NCBI GenBank assembly: GCA_964421245.1
Contig: CAYQVW010000001.1
Location: 42,888 to 106,887 of the forward strand
Source: an uncultured bacterium
Lineage (GTDB): Bacteria > Margulisbacteria > WOR-1 > XYC2-FULL-46-14
Direction of reading: 5' to 3'
DNA length: 64,000 bases
Shown: positions 49,970 through 59,893 of the stretch, piece by piece
How the letters are laid out: the number at the start of each line of letters is the position of its first letter
How positions within the stretch are numbered: position 1 is the stretch's first letter
The notes under the pieces: generated by a model
Seen by the model: the letters and a program-made list of their open reading frames with translations, nothing else
Databases searched by the model: none
What the model was told of the DNA's origin: nothing
Made by a program: the position numbers and the translations under genes

Positions 49970-50766
49970 ATAAATGTTTTAATAGTCTTACAACAGTAAA
50001 TATAGAATTAACCTCCAGATGCAACAAAGATTGTTGGATGTGTGGTAGAAGAAAAATAGATAAAGAATATCCGGAAATAGCTATGAACTATGGTGATATG
50101 GATTTCGAACTGGTTAAGAAGATAGCTAACCAATTACCAGAGGGGATAGTGGTTCAATTTCACAACAATGGCGATCCATTTCTTTATCCTAAGTTGGGAG
50201 AAGCGATTAGTCTATTTAAAAATCAAATTAAATGTGTGGATACCAATGCAAAATTAATTGTTGAGAGGGCAGATGAAGTTATAGGGAACCTTGATACTAT
50301 AACAATATCTGTTATAGAAAATGACCCGGAAGGTGATGAGCAATATGAACTGGTTAATAAGTTTTTGGAGATTAAGGGCAAGAAAAAACCTCATATGATT
50401 TATCGGTGTCTGGGGAAGGTAGATAGGACGAGATGGGAAAAGTTACCCGGAATAATTGCTACCAGGATATTACATAATCCTCTGGGGAGTTTTAAATATA
50501 CCAAAAAACCGACTGTGCCAGAAATTGGGATATGTTTGGAAATTTTAAATCATATGGCTATTGATAGATTTGGCAAGGTCTCGATATGTGTAAGGTTTGA
50601 TCCCAAGCGTTTGGGAGTGATTGGAGATGTTAATGTAGACACACTCCTAGATATTTGGAATAGCGAAAAAAGAAAAGAATGGATTGAATATCATAAACAA
50701 GGAAGAAGAGACAAGGTTGAGTTATGTAGTTATTGTCATTATTGGGGGGTATCGACAGGAAATTAA
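49966..50766 (+). CDS. radical SAM enzyme (start refined to MNKCFNS with RBS; ATGA overlap)
   Basis: ELTSRCNKDCWMCG = CX3CX2C cluster motif. Confidence 0.7.
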   Translation: MNKCFNSLTTVNIELTSRCNKDCWMCGRRKIDKEYPEIAMNYGDMDFELVKKIANQLPEGIVVQFHNNGDPFLYPKLGEAISLFKNQIKCVDTNAKLIVERADEVIGNLDTITISVIENDPEGDEQYELVNKFLEIKGKKKPHMIYRCLGKVDRTRWEKLPGIIATRILHNPLGSFKYTKKPTVPEIGICLEILNHMAIDRFGKVSICVRFDPKRLGVIGDVNVDTLLDIWNSEKRKEWIEYHKQGRRDKVELCSYCHYWGVSTGN

Positions 50767-50769
50767 TAT

Positions 50770-51648
50770 ATGGCTATAAAAGAAAAGTGCTATTTATGTG
50801 GGCCCCAAAAAATAATTAAAAGACCTGGTACTGTGCGTGATAATCCTGAACTGGAGATTTTGGAATGTGCGTCTTGCGGGTTGGTTTTTTTCTCGTCACT
50901 TGATCATATAAAAGATGGTTTTTATGAAAGTTCAGGGATGCACGGTAAGGAGATCTTGGATATTCAAGATTGGCTCAGAGATACTGAGGGTGATGATAAA
51001 CGACGGTTTAAATACCTTGAATCACTTTTGCCGAATAGTAAATTGCTTGATTATGGGTGTGGGGTAGGTGGATTTCTTCTAAATGCCAGGGAACTGACGG
51101 AGACAGCGCATGGGGTAGAACTGGAAAGTCGATTGAAAAATTATTTTCAAAATCACGGTCTTACCGTTTTTAAAAACACCTCTGACATTCCAAATGATAT
51201 TCGTGGCGGGTATGACATAATAACTATGTTTCATGTGCTGGAGCACATTCCCGATCCGAAGTCGATATTAGATGAGTTGAGTAAAATGTTAGCGGACGGT
51301 GGGCAGATTATTATTGAAGTGCCAAGCGCAAACGATGCTTTGTTAACATTGTATAGCAGTGAACCATTTTCTAATTTTACCTATTGGAGTTGTCATTTAT
51401 TCTTATATACGGCAAAAGCCTTACAGATCTTGTTTGACCAAGCTAATTTAAAGGTTAACTATATTAAGCAGATTCAAAGATATCCGTTATCTAATCATTT
51501 GCACTGGTTAGCTAATGGCAAGCCTGGTGGTCACCAAGAGTGGAACTTTCTCGATTCGCCGGAATTACATACCAAATATGAAAAACAACTTGCAGCTATT
51601 GGAAAGTGCGACACAATTATAGCAAGTGTTTCAAGGGCTGAAAAATAA
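50770..51648 (+). CDS. class I SAM-dependent methyltransferase with N-terminal zinc ribbon
   Basis: CYLCG...CASCG ribbon then LLDYGCGVGGFL motif I. Confidence 0.75.
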   Translation: MAIKEKCYLCGPQKIIKRPGTVRDNPELEILECASCGLVFFSSLDHIKDGFYESSGMHGKEILDIQDWLRDTEGDDKRRFKYLESLLPNSKLLDYGCGVGGFLLNARELTETAHGVELESRLKNYFQNHGLTVFKNTSDIPNDIRGGYDIITMFHVLEHIPDPKSILDELSKMLADGGQIIIEVPSANDALLTLYSSEPFSNFTYWSCHLFLYTAKALQILFDQANLKVNYIKQIQRYPLSNHLHWLANGKPGGHQEWNFLDSPELHTKYEKQLAAIGKCDTIIASVSRAEK

Positions 51649-52841
51649 TGCGAATGTCAATATTTAAGTTTAATGGTCTCCTAAGGAATAAAGTAGTTAT
51701 TTTTGATAATGAAAGCAACAAAATACTAAAAAATGTGGTATTAAAGGGTATTAAATATACAACTCTTCATTGTAGATGGGAAGAAATTCATATTACATTT
51801 CCGATACTATTTCTCATGTTAAAAAATGCAATGCGTTTTCTGATAAAATCGAAGGGACTAGGCATAAAGGGAATACCAAAACACAGGTGGATTGGCCGCA
51901 TTTACAAAATATATCTTTACTCTTGCATTGAATACATAAATCCAAAAGTTGTTATTACTTTTATTGATAATGAGCATAATTTTCATTGGCTTTCTAAGGT
52001 ATATAAGCGATGTGAATTTTTTGCCATTCAGAACGGTCATAGAACCGAAGGGCAGCTAAGTTTATGTGAAAAAAATTATCTTCAGAACTTTTTTTGTTTT
52101 GGTAAATATGATGAGCAGCGGTATGCCCAGTTTGGTCACGTTATTGATAAATGCTATCCAATAGGCTCTCTGAAGGCAGGGCATTATAGGTTGACTGTCA
52201 AAAAAGAAAGAGTAAAGAAGTACGATATAGCCATAGTTTCTCAATACACGCGGAGAGGATATAATCTTTATTCAGATTCACAAAGAAAAGAATTATCCAA
52301 ACAACAAATCACAAATGAAAATATATACAAAGAAACATCTGACTTGATGGATTCGTTTTTGGCTGATTATATTGATGAGTATAACCTTAGGGCAGCAGTG
52401 TTAATGAGATATCCATTGAGCTTTGAAGATGTGCGTAATTATTATGAAGAAAAATATAGGGGGAAGGCAGTTCTTTTGGGTGGAGATGTGAGGACAACGA
52501 ATAGTTATATTGTGGCAGAAGAAAGTGAGGTTTTAGTGGGGTTTAGTTCAACGCTACTTGCAGAAATGTTTGGATTAGGGAACAAAGTGTTGAGTATTAA
52601 TTTTTCAGGGAATGGTTGGTGGGTTGATTATGATCCAATGATAATGTTCACGAAACCAGACTACTCGCTCTTCAAGAAGTGTTTAAATGAGTTAAGATCT
52701 GAGCCCTATGACGAATATAGGAGGCGTACAAAAGAATACGCAACTTATTTGATGAATTATAACCCTGATAGTCCTCCCCATATGTTTATAAGAAAAAAGG
52801 TGCTGCAGTATTTAAATGAATCTGAAAAGGAGAAGATATGA
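51648..52841 (+). CDS. hypothetical protein, possibly glycosyl/ulosonate transferase (GT-B-like)
   Basis: 397 aa, no definitive motif; placement within the nonulosonate locus; QNGH / GGDVRTTNSYIVAEESEVLVGFSSTL segments are reminiscent of capsule polymerases/transferases. Confidence 0.35.
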   Translation: MRMSIFKFNGLLRNKVVIFDNESNKILKNVVLKGIKYTTLHCRWEEIHITFPILFLMLKNAMRFLIKSKGLGIKGIPKHRWIGRIYKIYLYSCIEYINPKVVITFIDNEHNFHWLSKVYKRCEFFAIQNGHRTEGQLSLCEKNYLQNFFCFGKYDEQRYAQFGHVIDKCYPIGSLKAGHYRLTVKKERVKKYDIAIVSQYTRRGYNLYSDSQRKELSKQQITNENIYKETSDLMDSFLADYIDEYNLRAAVLMRYPLSFEDVRNYYEEKYRGKAVLLGGDVRTTNSYIVAEESEVLVGFSSTLLAEMFGLGNKVLSINFSGNGWWVDYDPMIMFTKPDYSLFKKCLNELRSEPYDEYRRRTKEYATYLMNYNPDSPPHMFIRKKVLQYLNESEKEKI

Positions 52842-53284
52842 AAGAATGTGGATTAGAGATAATTAAGGCGGGGATAGCTGTTGATGATAGGGGGCAAATC
52901 CAGTTTTGTAATGAATTTGATATGAAAGAGGTGCAGAGGTTCTATATTGTTTCAAATCATCAGTCCCAATTTGTCCGTGCTTGGCATGGGCATAAAAAAG
53001 AATGTAAATACGCCTTTGTAGTTTCAGGAGCAGCCGTATTTGCGGCAGTCAGGATAGATAACTGGGATAATCCTTCCAGAGATATTCCTGTAGAACGGTT
53101 TGTTCTAAGTGAGAAAAATCCCAGGCTGTTAAAAATTCCGGCAGGTTTTGCCAATGGATTCAAAACCCTTATGCCGGATACTAAAGTGATGTTTTTCTCA
53201 ACATCTACTTTAGGTCAAAGTTCTGATGATGACTTTCGTTTTGAGTATGATTATTGGAATCCGTGGGAAGTGGAACCGCGATAA
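52838..53284 (+). CDS. WxcM-like / FdtA-like cupin (sugar 3,4-ketoisomerase-like) domain protein
   Basis: RFYIVSNHQSQFVRAWHGHKKECKYAF resembles the FdtA/WxcM C-terminal RGxHAH motif. Confidence 0.55.
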   Translation: MKECGLEIIKAGIAVDDRGQIQFCNEFDMKEVQRFYIVSNHQSQFVRAWHGHKKECKYAFVVSGAAVFAAVRIDNWDNPSRDIPVERFVLSEKNPRLLKIPAGFANGFKTLMPDTKVMFFSTSTLGQSSDDDFRFEYDYWNPWEVEPR

Positions 53285-53301
53285 TAATTGGAGGGAAATT
53301 A

Positions 53302-54735
53302 ATGCAAGATATAAATGAATCGTTTCAACTGATTCCAGCGCCTCAGTTAAAAGAGGATAATACTATTTTTGATGCTCTCAATTTTATCGAGGAGCAATAT
53401 GGAATGATTATTACTATTCTTGATAGTAGTGGCAAGCTCAGCGGTATCGCTTCACCGGGTGATTTGCGTAAAGCTATTCTTAAGGGGAATTCAGTTAATA
53501 CAAAGCTCAGTTTAGTTATGAACAAAAAACCTGTTTGTATTGAGTTTAATGAATTAAAAACCGCAGAGGATATAAATCAGCGCATTCTTGACGATTTGCG
53601 CAAGCGTTATAGCGATATGTTTATGTTGTATGCCATGGTTCCAGTTATCACAAAGGATAAAAAAGTAATGGGACTGATAAGTCTTGAGTCATTAACAAGT
53701 AGTTTTTCTGGACCCAAACTTAAATTAAACCATCGTACGGTTTTAATAGTGGGGGGAGCAGGATATATCGGTTCAGTTCTTGCACGAAAGCTGCTTGATG
53801 ATGGATGGACGGTGAGAGTATTAGATAAATTGCTTTATGGTGGAGATTCCCTCAAGGATATTAAGCATGAAAAATTTTCATTACTTCTTGGTGATGCTGG
53901 AAATATTGATGATATTGTAAGAGCTGTTGAAGGAGTTGATGCGGTTGTTTATTTGGCTGAATTGGTGGGTGATCCTGCCTGTTCTATTGCTCCACAAACT
54001 ACCTTAAAAACAAATTATTTGGCGGTTACTGCTATGGCACACCTATGCTCTCATCTTAATATAAATCGTTTTGTCTATACGTCATCTTGTAGTGTTTATG
54101 GTGCAAGCGATAATCCAGAGGATATATTGAGAGAGAATTCACCCATACATCCAGTTTCATTATATGGTCGAATGAAAGTTCGTGTTGAACAATCTATCTT
54201 GTCTGTTTGCAATTTACCTAATCCATTATTTGCACCGACAATTTTACGCTTATCTACCGTTTTTGGTAACTCCTATCGTCCTCGTTTTGATTTAGTTGTC
54301 AATACTTTTGTAAAGAATGCTATACAGAAAGGTAAGATTGAGATATTTGGTGGTAATCAATGGAGGCCAAATGTGCATGTTCGTGATGTGGCGGGAGCTA
54401 TAACTAAGGTCTTATGTGCGCCAGCTGAAGATGTGCGAGGGCAAGTATTCAATGTTGGTAATAATGGATTGAATTATACAATTAACGATTTGGCCGATAT
54501 AGCCAAAGAAGTGTTTCCTTCTGTAGAAATTATTAAAAAGACTGGTTTGACTGACCCAAGAAACTATCGTGTTGGTTTTGATAAGATTAAAGATGTTTTA
54601 GGTTTTGAGACCAAGATGGACATAAAAAAAGGAATGCTTGAGATTAAAGAAGCTTTTGAACGTAACGAATATGGTGATTTAGATAACCCAAGGTATAGTA
54701 ATTTTCAAAGAATGCAAGAACTAAACCTTGTTTAA
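53302..54735 (+). CDS. CBS-pair + NAD-dependent epimerase/dehydratase (extended SDR) fusion (start refined to MQDINESF)
   Basis: N-terminal CBS domains; VLIVGGAGYIGSVLARKL Rossmann motif; YGRMK catalytic YxxxK. Only candidate for the 4,6-dehydratase step. Confidence 0.7.
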   Translation: MQDINESFQLIPAPQLKEDNTIFDALNFIEEQYGMIITILDSSGKLSGIASPGDLRKAILKGNSVNTKLSLVMNKKPVCIEFNELKTAEDINQRILDDLRKRYSDMFMLYAMVPVITKDKKVMGLISLESLTSSFSGPKLKLNHRTVLIVGGAGYIGSVLARKLLDDGWTVRVLDKLLYGGDSLKDIKHEKFSLLLGDAGNIDDIVRAVEGVDAVVYLAELVGDPACSIAPQTTLKTNYLAVTAMAHLCSHLNINRFVYTSSCSVYGASDNPEDILRENSPIHPVSLYGRMKVRVEQSILSVCNLPNPLFAPTILRLSTVFGNSYRPRFDLVVNTFVKNAIQKGKIEIFGGNQWRPNVHVRDVAGAITKVLCAPAEDVRGQVFNVGNNGLNYTINDLADIAKEVFPSVEIIKKTGLTDPRNYRVGFDKIKDVLGFETKMDIKKGMLEIKEAFERNEYGDLDNPRYSNFQRMQELNLV

Positions 54736-54757
54736 TTAATTAGAAACGAGAGGAGGA

Positions 54758-55942
54758 GTGTTAGTGGAAAGTTTTATCCCTTACGGAAAACAAAGTCTTG
54801 AAGCTGATGATATTGAGGCGGTGGTCGCGACTTTAAAGAGCGACTGGATAACTCAAGGACCAGCCATTCCAAAGTTTGAAGAAGCGGTTGCCAAGAAAAC
54901 AGGAGCCCAAAATGCGGTTGCTGTAGCTACAGGTACAGCTGCTCTTCACTGTGCTTGTTTTGCTGCTGGGATAGGTGCAGGAGATGAAATTATTACTTCT
55001 CCAATTACTTTTGCAGCAAGTGGTAACTGTGCTCTTTTTTTGGGGGCATCTGTAAAGTTTGTTGATATTCGGCCCGATACTTATTGTATGGATTCAAATA
55101 AATTGGAGGCGGCTATAACTCCAAAGACAAAAGCTATTATACCTGTAGATTTTGCTGGTCAACCGTGTGATATGGATGAGATTAATGCTATTGCCAAAAA
55201 ACACAATTTAATAGTTATTGAGGATGCTGCTCACTCTATTGGTGCTACCTATAAGGGAAGGTTAGTAGGGTCTTTAGCTCCGATGACCATCTTTTCTTTT
55301 CATCCGGTCAAGCATATAACAACGGGTGAGGGTGGTATGATCATGACCGATAGTAAGGAGTTAGCTGAGAAATTAAAATTATTCCGTACCCATGGGATTA
55401 CTAATAATGATAATAGTATGATTTTAAAAGAACAAGCTGCTGATAATGCTAAACAGCTTACCCGTGCGCCCTGGTATTATGAAATGCAAGAACTTGGTTA
55501 CAATTACCGCATTACTGATTTGCAATGTGCTTTAGGGGTAAGTCAACTAAAAAAGATAGATAATTTTATTAAAAGACGCCGCACTATTGCTGCAAGATAC
55601 AGTGAGGAGTTTTTCAAGTCTCCTTATTTAATAGTCCCTTACCAAGAAGAGGATCGGATGAGTGCTTGGCACCTTTATATGTTGCGTCTTCGATTAGATA
55701 AGATAAAGAAGACCAGGCGTCAAATATTTGAGGAGTTGCGTGCTTTAAAGATTGGAGTTCACGTTCATTATATACCATTACATCTGCAGCCTTACTACAG
55801 AAATAGATTTGGGTACAAGAGGGGGGATTTTTCTCAGGCAGAAGCTTATTATGATTCAGCACTTACCATTCCCTTGTATCCGTCTATGACAGATGATGAT
55901 TGTGAACGTGTGATCAAGAGAGTTTTGGAGATAGTAAAATAA
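54758..55942 (+). CDS. DegT/DnrJ/EryC1/StrS-family sugar aminotransferase (PseC-like), GTG start
   Basis: IPYGKQSL start, PLP-lysine context FSFHPVKHITTGEGG. Confidence 0.85.
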   Translation: MLVESFIPYGKQSLEADDIEAVVATLKSDWITQGPAIPKFEEAVAKKTGAQNAVAVATGTAALHCACFAAGIGAGDEIITSPITFAASGNCALFLGASVKFVDIRPDTYCMDSNKLEAAITPKTKAIIPVDFAGQPCDMDEINAIAKKHNLIVIEDAAHSIGATYKGRLVGSLAPMTIFSFHPVKHITTGEGGMIMTDSKELAEKLKLFRTHGITNNDNSMILKEQAADNAKQLTRAPWYYEMQELGYNYRITDLQCALGVSQLKKIDNFIKRRRTIAARYSEEFFKSPYLIVPYQEEDRMSAWHLYMLRLRLDKIKKTRRQIFEELRALKIGVHVHYIPLHLQPYYRNRFGYKRGDFSQAEAYYDSALTIPLYPSMTDDDCERVIKRVLEIVK

Positions 55943-55958
55943 AAAAAGGAGGAAAAAT

Positions 55959-56621
55959 ATGATAGCTTTACCGGAGTTTACAAAAGCGTTTGAATATGAG
56001 AATAATTTTTATCTTTCTAGTGATGTGAGTCGAATGGCAAAGACCCTGGCCCATTATAAGTTTTATGAAATGACAGCAGATCTTCCCGGAGCGATTGTTG
56101 AGTGTGGTGTTTTTAAGGGGATTTCTCTGATCAAGTTGGCAACTTTTAGACAGCTGATTGGTCCTCCCTTTTCTAAGCAAATAATTGGTTTTGATACTTT
56201 TGGTCAATTTCCAGATACAGAGTTTGCTCCAGATAAAAAGATGCGCCAATATCATTTGGATACAGCAGGAGGCGAAAGTATATCCCGACAGCAATTGCTG
56301 GAAGTTTTAAAACGTAAAGGTATTGATAGAGATATCCAATTGATTGAAGGAGATATCACAAAGACTGTTCCTGATTATGTGAAATCTCATCCCGAACTTA
56401 GGATATCTCTATTGAATCTTGATGTTGATATTTATGAGCCATCAGTTGCGGTGCTGGAAGAGCTTTATCCACGTTTAGTACCAGGGGGAGTGATTCTTTT
56501 AGATGATTATGGATTCTTCCCTGGCGAAACCCAGGCAGTGGATGATTATTTTAAGGGTAAAAATGTAAAAATCCAAAAATTTCCTTTTGCTCTTTCTCCG
56601 GCATATATTGTAAAGGATTAA
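55959..56621 (+). CDS. TylF/MycF-family SAM-dependent O-methyltransferase
   Basis: LPGAIVECGVFKGISL and ISLLNLDVDIYEPS motifs of the macrocin-O-MT family. Confidence 0.7.
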   Translation: MIALPEFTKAFEYENNFYLSSDVSRMAKTLAHYKFYEMTADLPGAIVECGVFKGISLIKLATFRQLIGPPFSKQIIGFDTFGQFPDTEFAPDKKMRQYHLDTAGGESISRQQLLEVLKRKGIDRDIQLIEGDITKTVPDYVKSHPELRISLLNLDVDIYEPSVAVLEELYPRLVPGGVILLDDYGFFPGETQAVDDYFKGKNVKIQKFPFALSPAYIVKD

Positions 56622-56632
56622 AAATTAATTAT

Positions 56633-57376
56633 ATGAAGAAATCGAAGAAAATAGTTGCTATTATCCAGGCAAGGATGGGATCTAGCCGTCTTCCTGGAAA
56701 AGTATTGGAGGATATAGAAGGTCGACCTATACTTTGGCATGTAGTGAACCGGTTAAAAGAGAGCACCTTAATAGATATGATAGTGGTGGCGACGACAGTA
56801 GAGAAGAAAGACAATGTGGTAGAAGAGTTTTGTAAAAAGTATGGTATCGAGGTTTTTCGGGGTAGCGAAGAGGATGTATTGGACCGATATTATCAGGCTG
56901 CTAGAACCTATAGAGCTGATGTTATTGTGCGGATTACTGCAGATTGTGCAGTAATTGATCCCAGAGTGACAGATCAGGTTATATCCTGTTACTTAGAAAA
57001 CCAAGAGAGCTGCGATTTTTGCAGCAATGTCATTACTCGAACATATCCTAATGGTCTTGAGACGGAAGTTGTTCCAATTCATGCTTTGAGGTTAGCCTGG
57101 GATAAAGCAAAAAAAGAGTGTGACAGAGAACACGTCACGCTTTATATTGCCAATCATCCAAAGCAATTTCGGTTACATAGTGTGGAAAATAATGAAGATT
57201 TATCACACTTACGCTGGACAGTTGATCAAAAAGAAGATTTAGAGTTGATGTGCCAGATTTATAAGCGCTTACATTCTGATGGAAAAATATTTTATATGGA
57301 AGATGTTTTAGATGTATTGCACAAGGAGCCCGATTTAAAAGAAATAAACAAGTTAGTTAAACAAAAGGTTGCATAA
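56633..57376 (+). CDS. cytidylyltransferase of the SpsF / PseF (CMP-pseudaminic acid synthetase-like) family
   Basis: IVAIIQARMGSSRLPGKVLEDIEGRPIL signature. Confidence 0.7.
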   Translation: MKKSKKIVAIIQARMGSSRLPGKVLEDIEGRPILWHVVNRLKESTLIDMIVVATTVEKKDNVVEEFCKKYGIEVFRGSEEDVLDRYYQAARTYRADVIVRITADCAVIDPRVTDQVISCYLENQESCDFCSNVITRTYPNGLETEVVPIHALRLAWDKAKKECDREHVTLYIANHPKQFRLHSVENNEDLSHLRWTVDQKEDLELMCQIYKRLHSDGKIFYMEDVLDVLHKEPDLKEINKLVKQKVA

Positions 57377-57386
57377 AGGGGAAACC

Positions 57387-58526
57387 ATGAAATATTGTAA
57401 AAAATGTATAATTCCTGATACCCGGCCAGAACAAGTCTTTGATGAGAGTGGTATATGCGATGCTTGTCATTCTGCAGTTCGCAAACATAATGAAATTGAT
57501 TGGAAAGTGCGTAGAAAAGAATTTGTAGAGATTTTGGACCGTTATCGCAATAAAAATGGTACTTGGTGGGATTGTATAGTGCCGGTTAGTGGAGGGAAAG
57601 ACAGTTGTTATCAAGCTTATACCTTAAAGTATGAGTTTGGGATGAATCCACTTTGTGTTAATTTTGTCCCTTGTGAAATGTGTGATGTTGGTTTAAAGAA
57701 CATACTCTTTTTACGCGATTTGGGTTTTGACATGGTACAGGTTAGTGCGAATCGCAAAGTTTATCGTAAAATGGTGCGCAAAGGTTTTTTTGATTTAGGT
57801 GATAGCTGTTGGCCGGAACATATTGGTATTTTTACTTCGGCTCCACGGGTTGCGGTGCAGTACAAGATACCTTTGATTATTTGGGGAGAGAATTCTCAGT
57901 TTGAATATGGTGGACCAGCAGCTGGGAGAAAAAACAACTATCTTGATCGTAATTGGCTTGAGCAATATCAAATGTTAGGTTGTCGTGTTTCTGATATGTA
58001 TGAGGAAGGCGTAGATAGAAAAGAATTGCTTGCTTTTGAATATCCGAGCGATAAAGAACTGAAAGAAGCTAAGGTTACAGGATTGTTTATGGGGCATTAT
58101 TTAAAATGGGATCCGCTAGAGCATGTTGATATGGTACTAAAATTGGGTTGGAATCCTAATCCCGATGGTCCGGTTGAATGTGCCTACAATGCCTATGAAA
58201 ATATAGATTGTAAATGGGCATCTGGTTTACATGATTATTTTAAATTTATTAAGTATGGTTATAGTCGTGCTTCTGATCAGTTGTCGGTTGAGATAAGAAA
58301 TGGCCGCATGAAGAGAGAAGAGGCTATACGCATAGTTAGGGATTATGAAGGGAAAGTTCCTCGCAGATTTTTACCAGATTTTCTTAGATATCTTAATATT
58401 ACCGAGGATGAGTTTTTTAAGGTGGCCGATCGTTTTACTAATCGCAAGATTTTTTTAACTGATAAAGAAGGAAGGTTTATGCGCGACAAAAAGGGAGATT
58501 TAATTAAACGTGATTACGGTTATTGA
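57387..58526 (+). CDS. N-acetyl sugar amidotransferase (PP-loop; PseA/WbuX/LfnA family); start refined to MKYCKKC
   Basis: N-terminal Cys4 knuckle KYCKKC...CDAC, PP-loop VSGGKDS; followed by hisH/hisF paralogs. Confidence 0.8.
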   Translation: MKYCKKCIIPDTRPEQVFDESGICDACHSAVRKHNEIDWKVRRKEFVEILDRYRNKNGTWWDCIVPVSGGKDSCYQAYTLKYEFGMNPLCVNFVPCEMCDVGLKNILFLRDLGFDMVQVSANRKVYRKMVRKGFFDLGDSCWPEHIGIFTSAPRVAVQYKIPLIIWGENSQFEYGGPAAGRKNNYLDRNWLEQYQMLGCRVSDMYEEGVDRKELLAFEYPSDKELKEAKVTGLFMGHYLKWDPLEHVDMVLKLGWNPNPDGPVECAYNAYENIDCKWASGLHDYFKFIKYGYSRASDQLSVEIRNGRMKREEAIRIVRDYEGKVPRRFLPDFLRYLNITEDEFFKVADRFTNRKIFLTDKEGRFMRDKKGDLIKRDYGY

Positions 58527-59118
58527 TTTAAAAATTTGTAATATTGCCAGTGTTGCTTGGGCCCTAAACCGTCTGGGTGTTGAGTGTTGGGTTTCGGACA
58601 ACCCTAAGGATTTAGGTCAACCTGATAAGCTAATCCTTCCCGGAGTTGGAAGTTTTTCTGAGGCATCCAGCAGGATAAAAAGTGTTGGTTGGGATGTTGT
58701 TTTAAAGGATAAAGTACTTAAGGAAAAGATTCCTATTTTGGGGATATGTCTTGGTATGCAGCTTTTTGCCAGTTGTGGTGAAGAGGGAGGGAATTCCAAA
58801 GGATTGGATTTTATTAAAGCCAAAGTTTCCCATCTTCGTTCCAGTAAATCCAACCTAAGAATTCCTCATGTTGGCTGGAATGATGTGTCTTTTTCTGATA
58901 TGCCGATATTTGATTCTTTGGAAGACAAAAGTTGTTTTTATTTTGTCCACAGTTATGAGATGGTTCTTCAGGAGCAGATAAAAGCAGCCTATTGTAGTTA
59001 CGGAGTCGATTTTGTAGCTGCAGTGCAAAAAGAGAATATAATTGGTGTGCAATTTCATCCAGAAAAAAGTCAAGAGGCGGGTCTCAAGTTGCTGGAAAAT
59101 TTTGCAAAAAGGATGTAG
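58510..59118 (+). CDS. imidazole-glycerol-phosphate-synthase-like glutamine amidotransferase subunit (HisH/WbuY paralog), GTG start
   Basis: GICLGMQ nucleophile elbow, FHPEKS. Confidence 0.85.
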   Translation: MITVIDLKICNIASVAWALNRLGVECWVSDNPKDLGQPDKLILPGVGSFSEASSRIKSVGWDVVLKDKVLKEKIPILGICLGMQLFASCGEEGGNSKGLDFIKAKVSHLRSSKSNLRIPHVGWNDVSFSDMPIFDSLEDKSCFYFVHSYEMVLQEQIKAAYCSYGVDFVAAVQKENIIGVQFHPEKSQEAGLKLLENFAKRM

Positions 59119-59121
59119 GAA

Positions 59122-59877
59122 ATGTTGCGTCATAGAGTGATTCCTTTAGTTTTATTGGATGGTTATTCGGTAGTGAAAACCATTAAGTTTGATGTAAGGA
59201 GAAACTTAGGTAGTCCTATTACGGTGGCGAGAATTTACAACCGCCGCAATGTGGATGAGCTAATTTTGCTTGATATTGACGCTGCTAAGGAGAATCGGGG
59301 AATTGATTTGCATACCGTTAAGGCAGTTGCAGAAGAATGTTTTATGCCATTAACCGTTGGTGGTGGAATTAGAACCTGCGAAGATATAGCAAATGTTTTA
59401 GCTGCCGGGGCAGATAAAGTATCTCTAAACTCTATTATTTTTGAAGATAAAGAAATATTAAAGAAAGCTGTTTCGGTATTTGGTAGCCAATGCATTATAG
59501 CCTCTATAGATATTAAGAAGGATGACGATGGTAACTATGCATTGTATTCGCATTCGGGTAAAACCACGAATTTTAATTTAGAAGAATGTCTTGATTTGTT
59601 GTGTAATTCAAATGTTGGAGAAGTCTTAGTAAATAACGTTGACCTTGACGGGGTCATGAAAGGTTACGATTCTGATTTGATCAAATATATAACACAACGT
59701 ATTAAAAATATACCAATAATTGTTGTTGGCGGGGCCTCAAGTCCAGCTGATTGTAGCCACGCAATAAAGTGTGGAGCATCAGCAGTATCTGCGGCGAGCA
59801 TTTTTCATTTTACTAGTTTTACTCCAAGAAGCTGTAAAGAAGACATGTTGACAGCAGGTATTCCAGTAAGATTATAA
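59122..59877 (+). CDS. imidazole-glycerol-phosphate-synthase-like cyclase subunit (HisF/WbuZ paralog)
   Basis: RVIPLVLLDG...TVGGGIR...VSLNS (beta/alpha)8 HisF signature. Confidence 0.85.
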   Translation: MLRHRVIPLVLLDGYSVVKTIKFDVRRNLGSPITVARIYNRRNVDELILLDIDAAKENRGIDLHTVKAVAEECFMPLTVGGGIRTCEDIANVLAAGADKVSLNSIIFEDKEILKKAVSVFGSQCIIASIDIKKDDDGNYALYSHSGKTTNFNLEECLDLLCNSNVGEVLVNNVDLDGVMKGYDSDLIKYITQRIKNIPIIVVGGASSPADCSHAIKCGASAVSAASIFHFTSFTPRSCKEDMLTAGIPVRL

Positions 59878-59893
59878 GATAATAGGAGAAAGA

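Noticed and set aside
51858-52244. Two 60-aa minus-strand ORFs inside the 397-aa hypothetical gene
   Set aside because: AT-rich antisense frames, no support.
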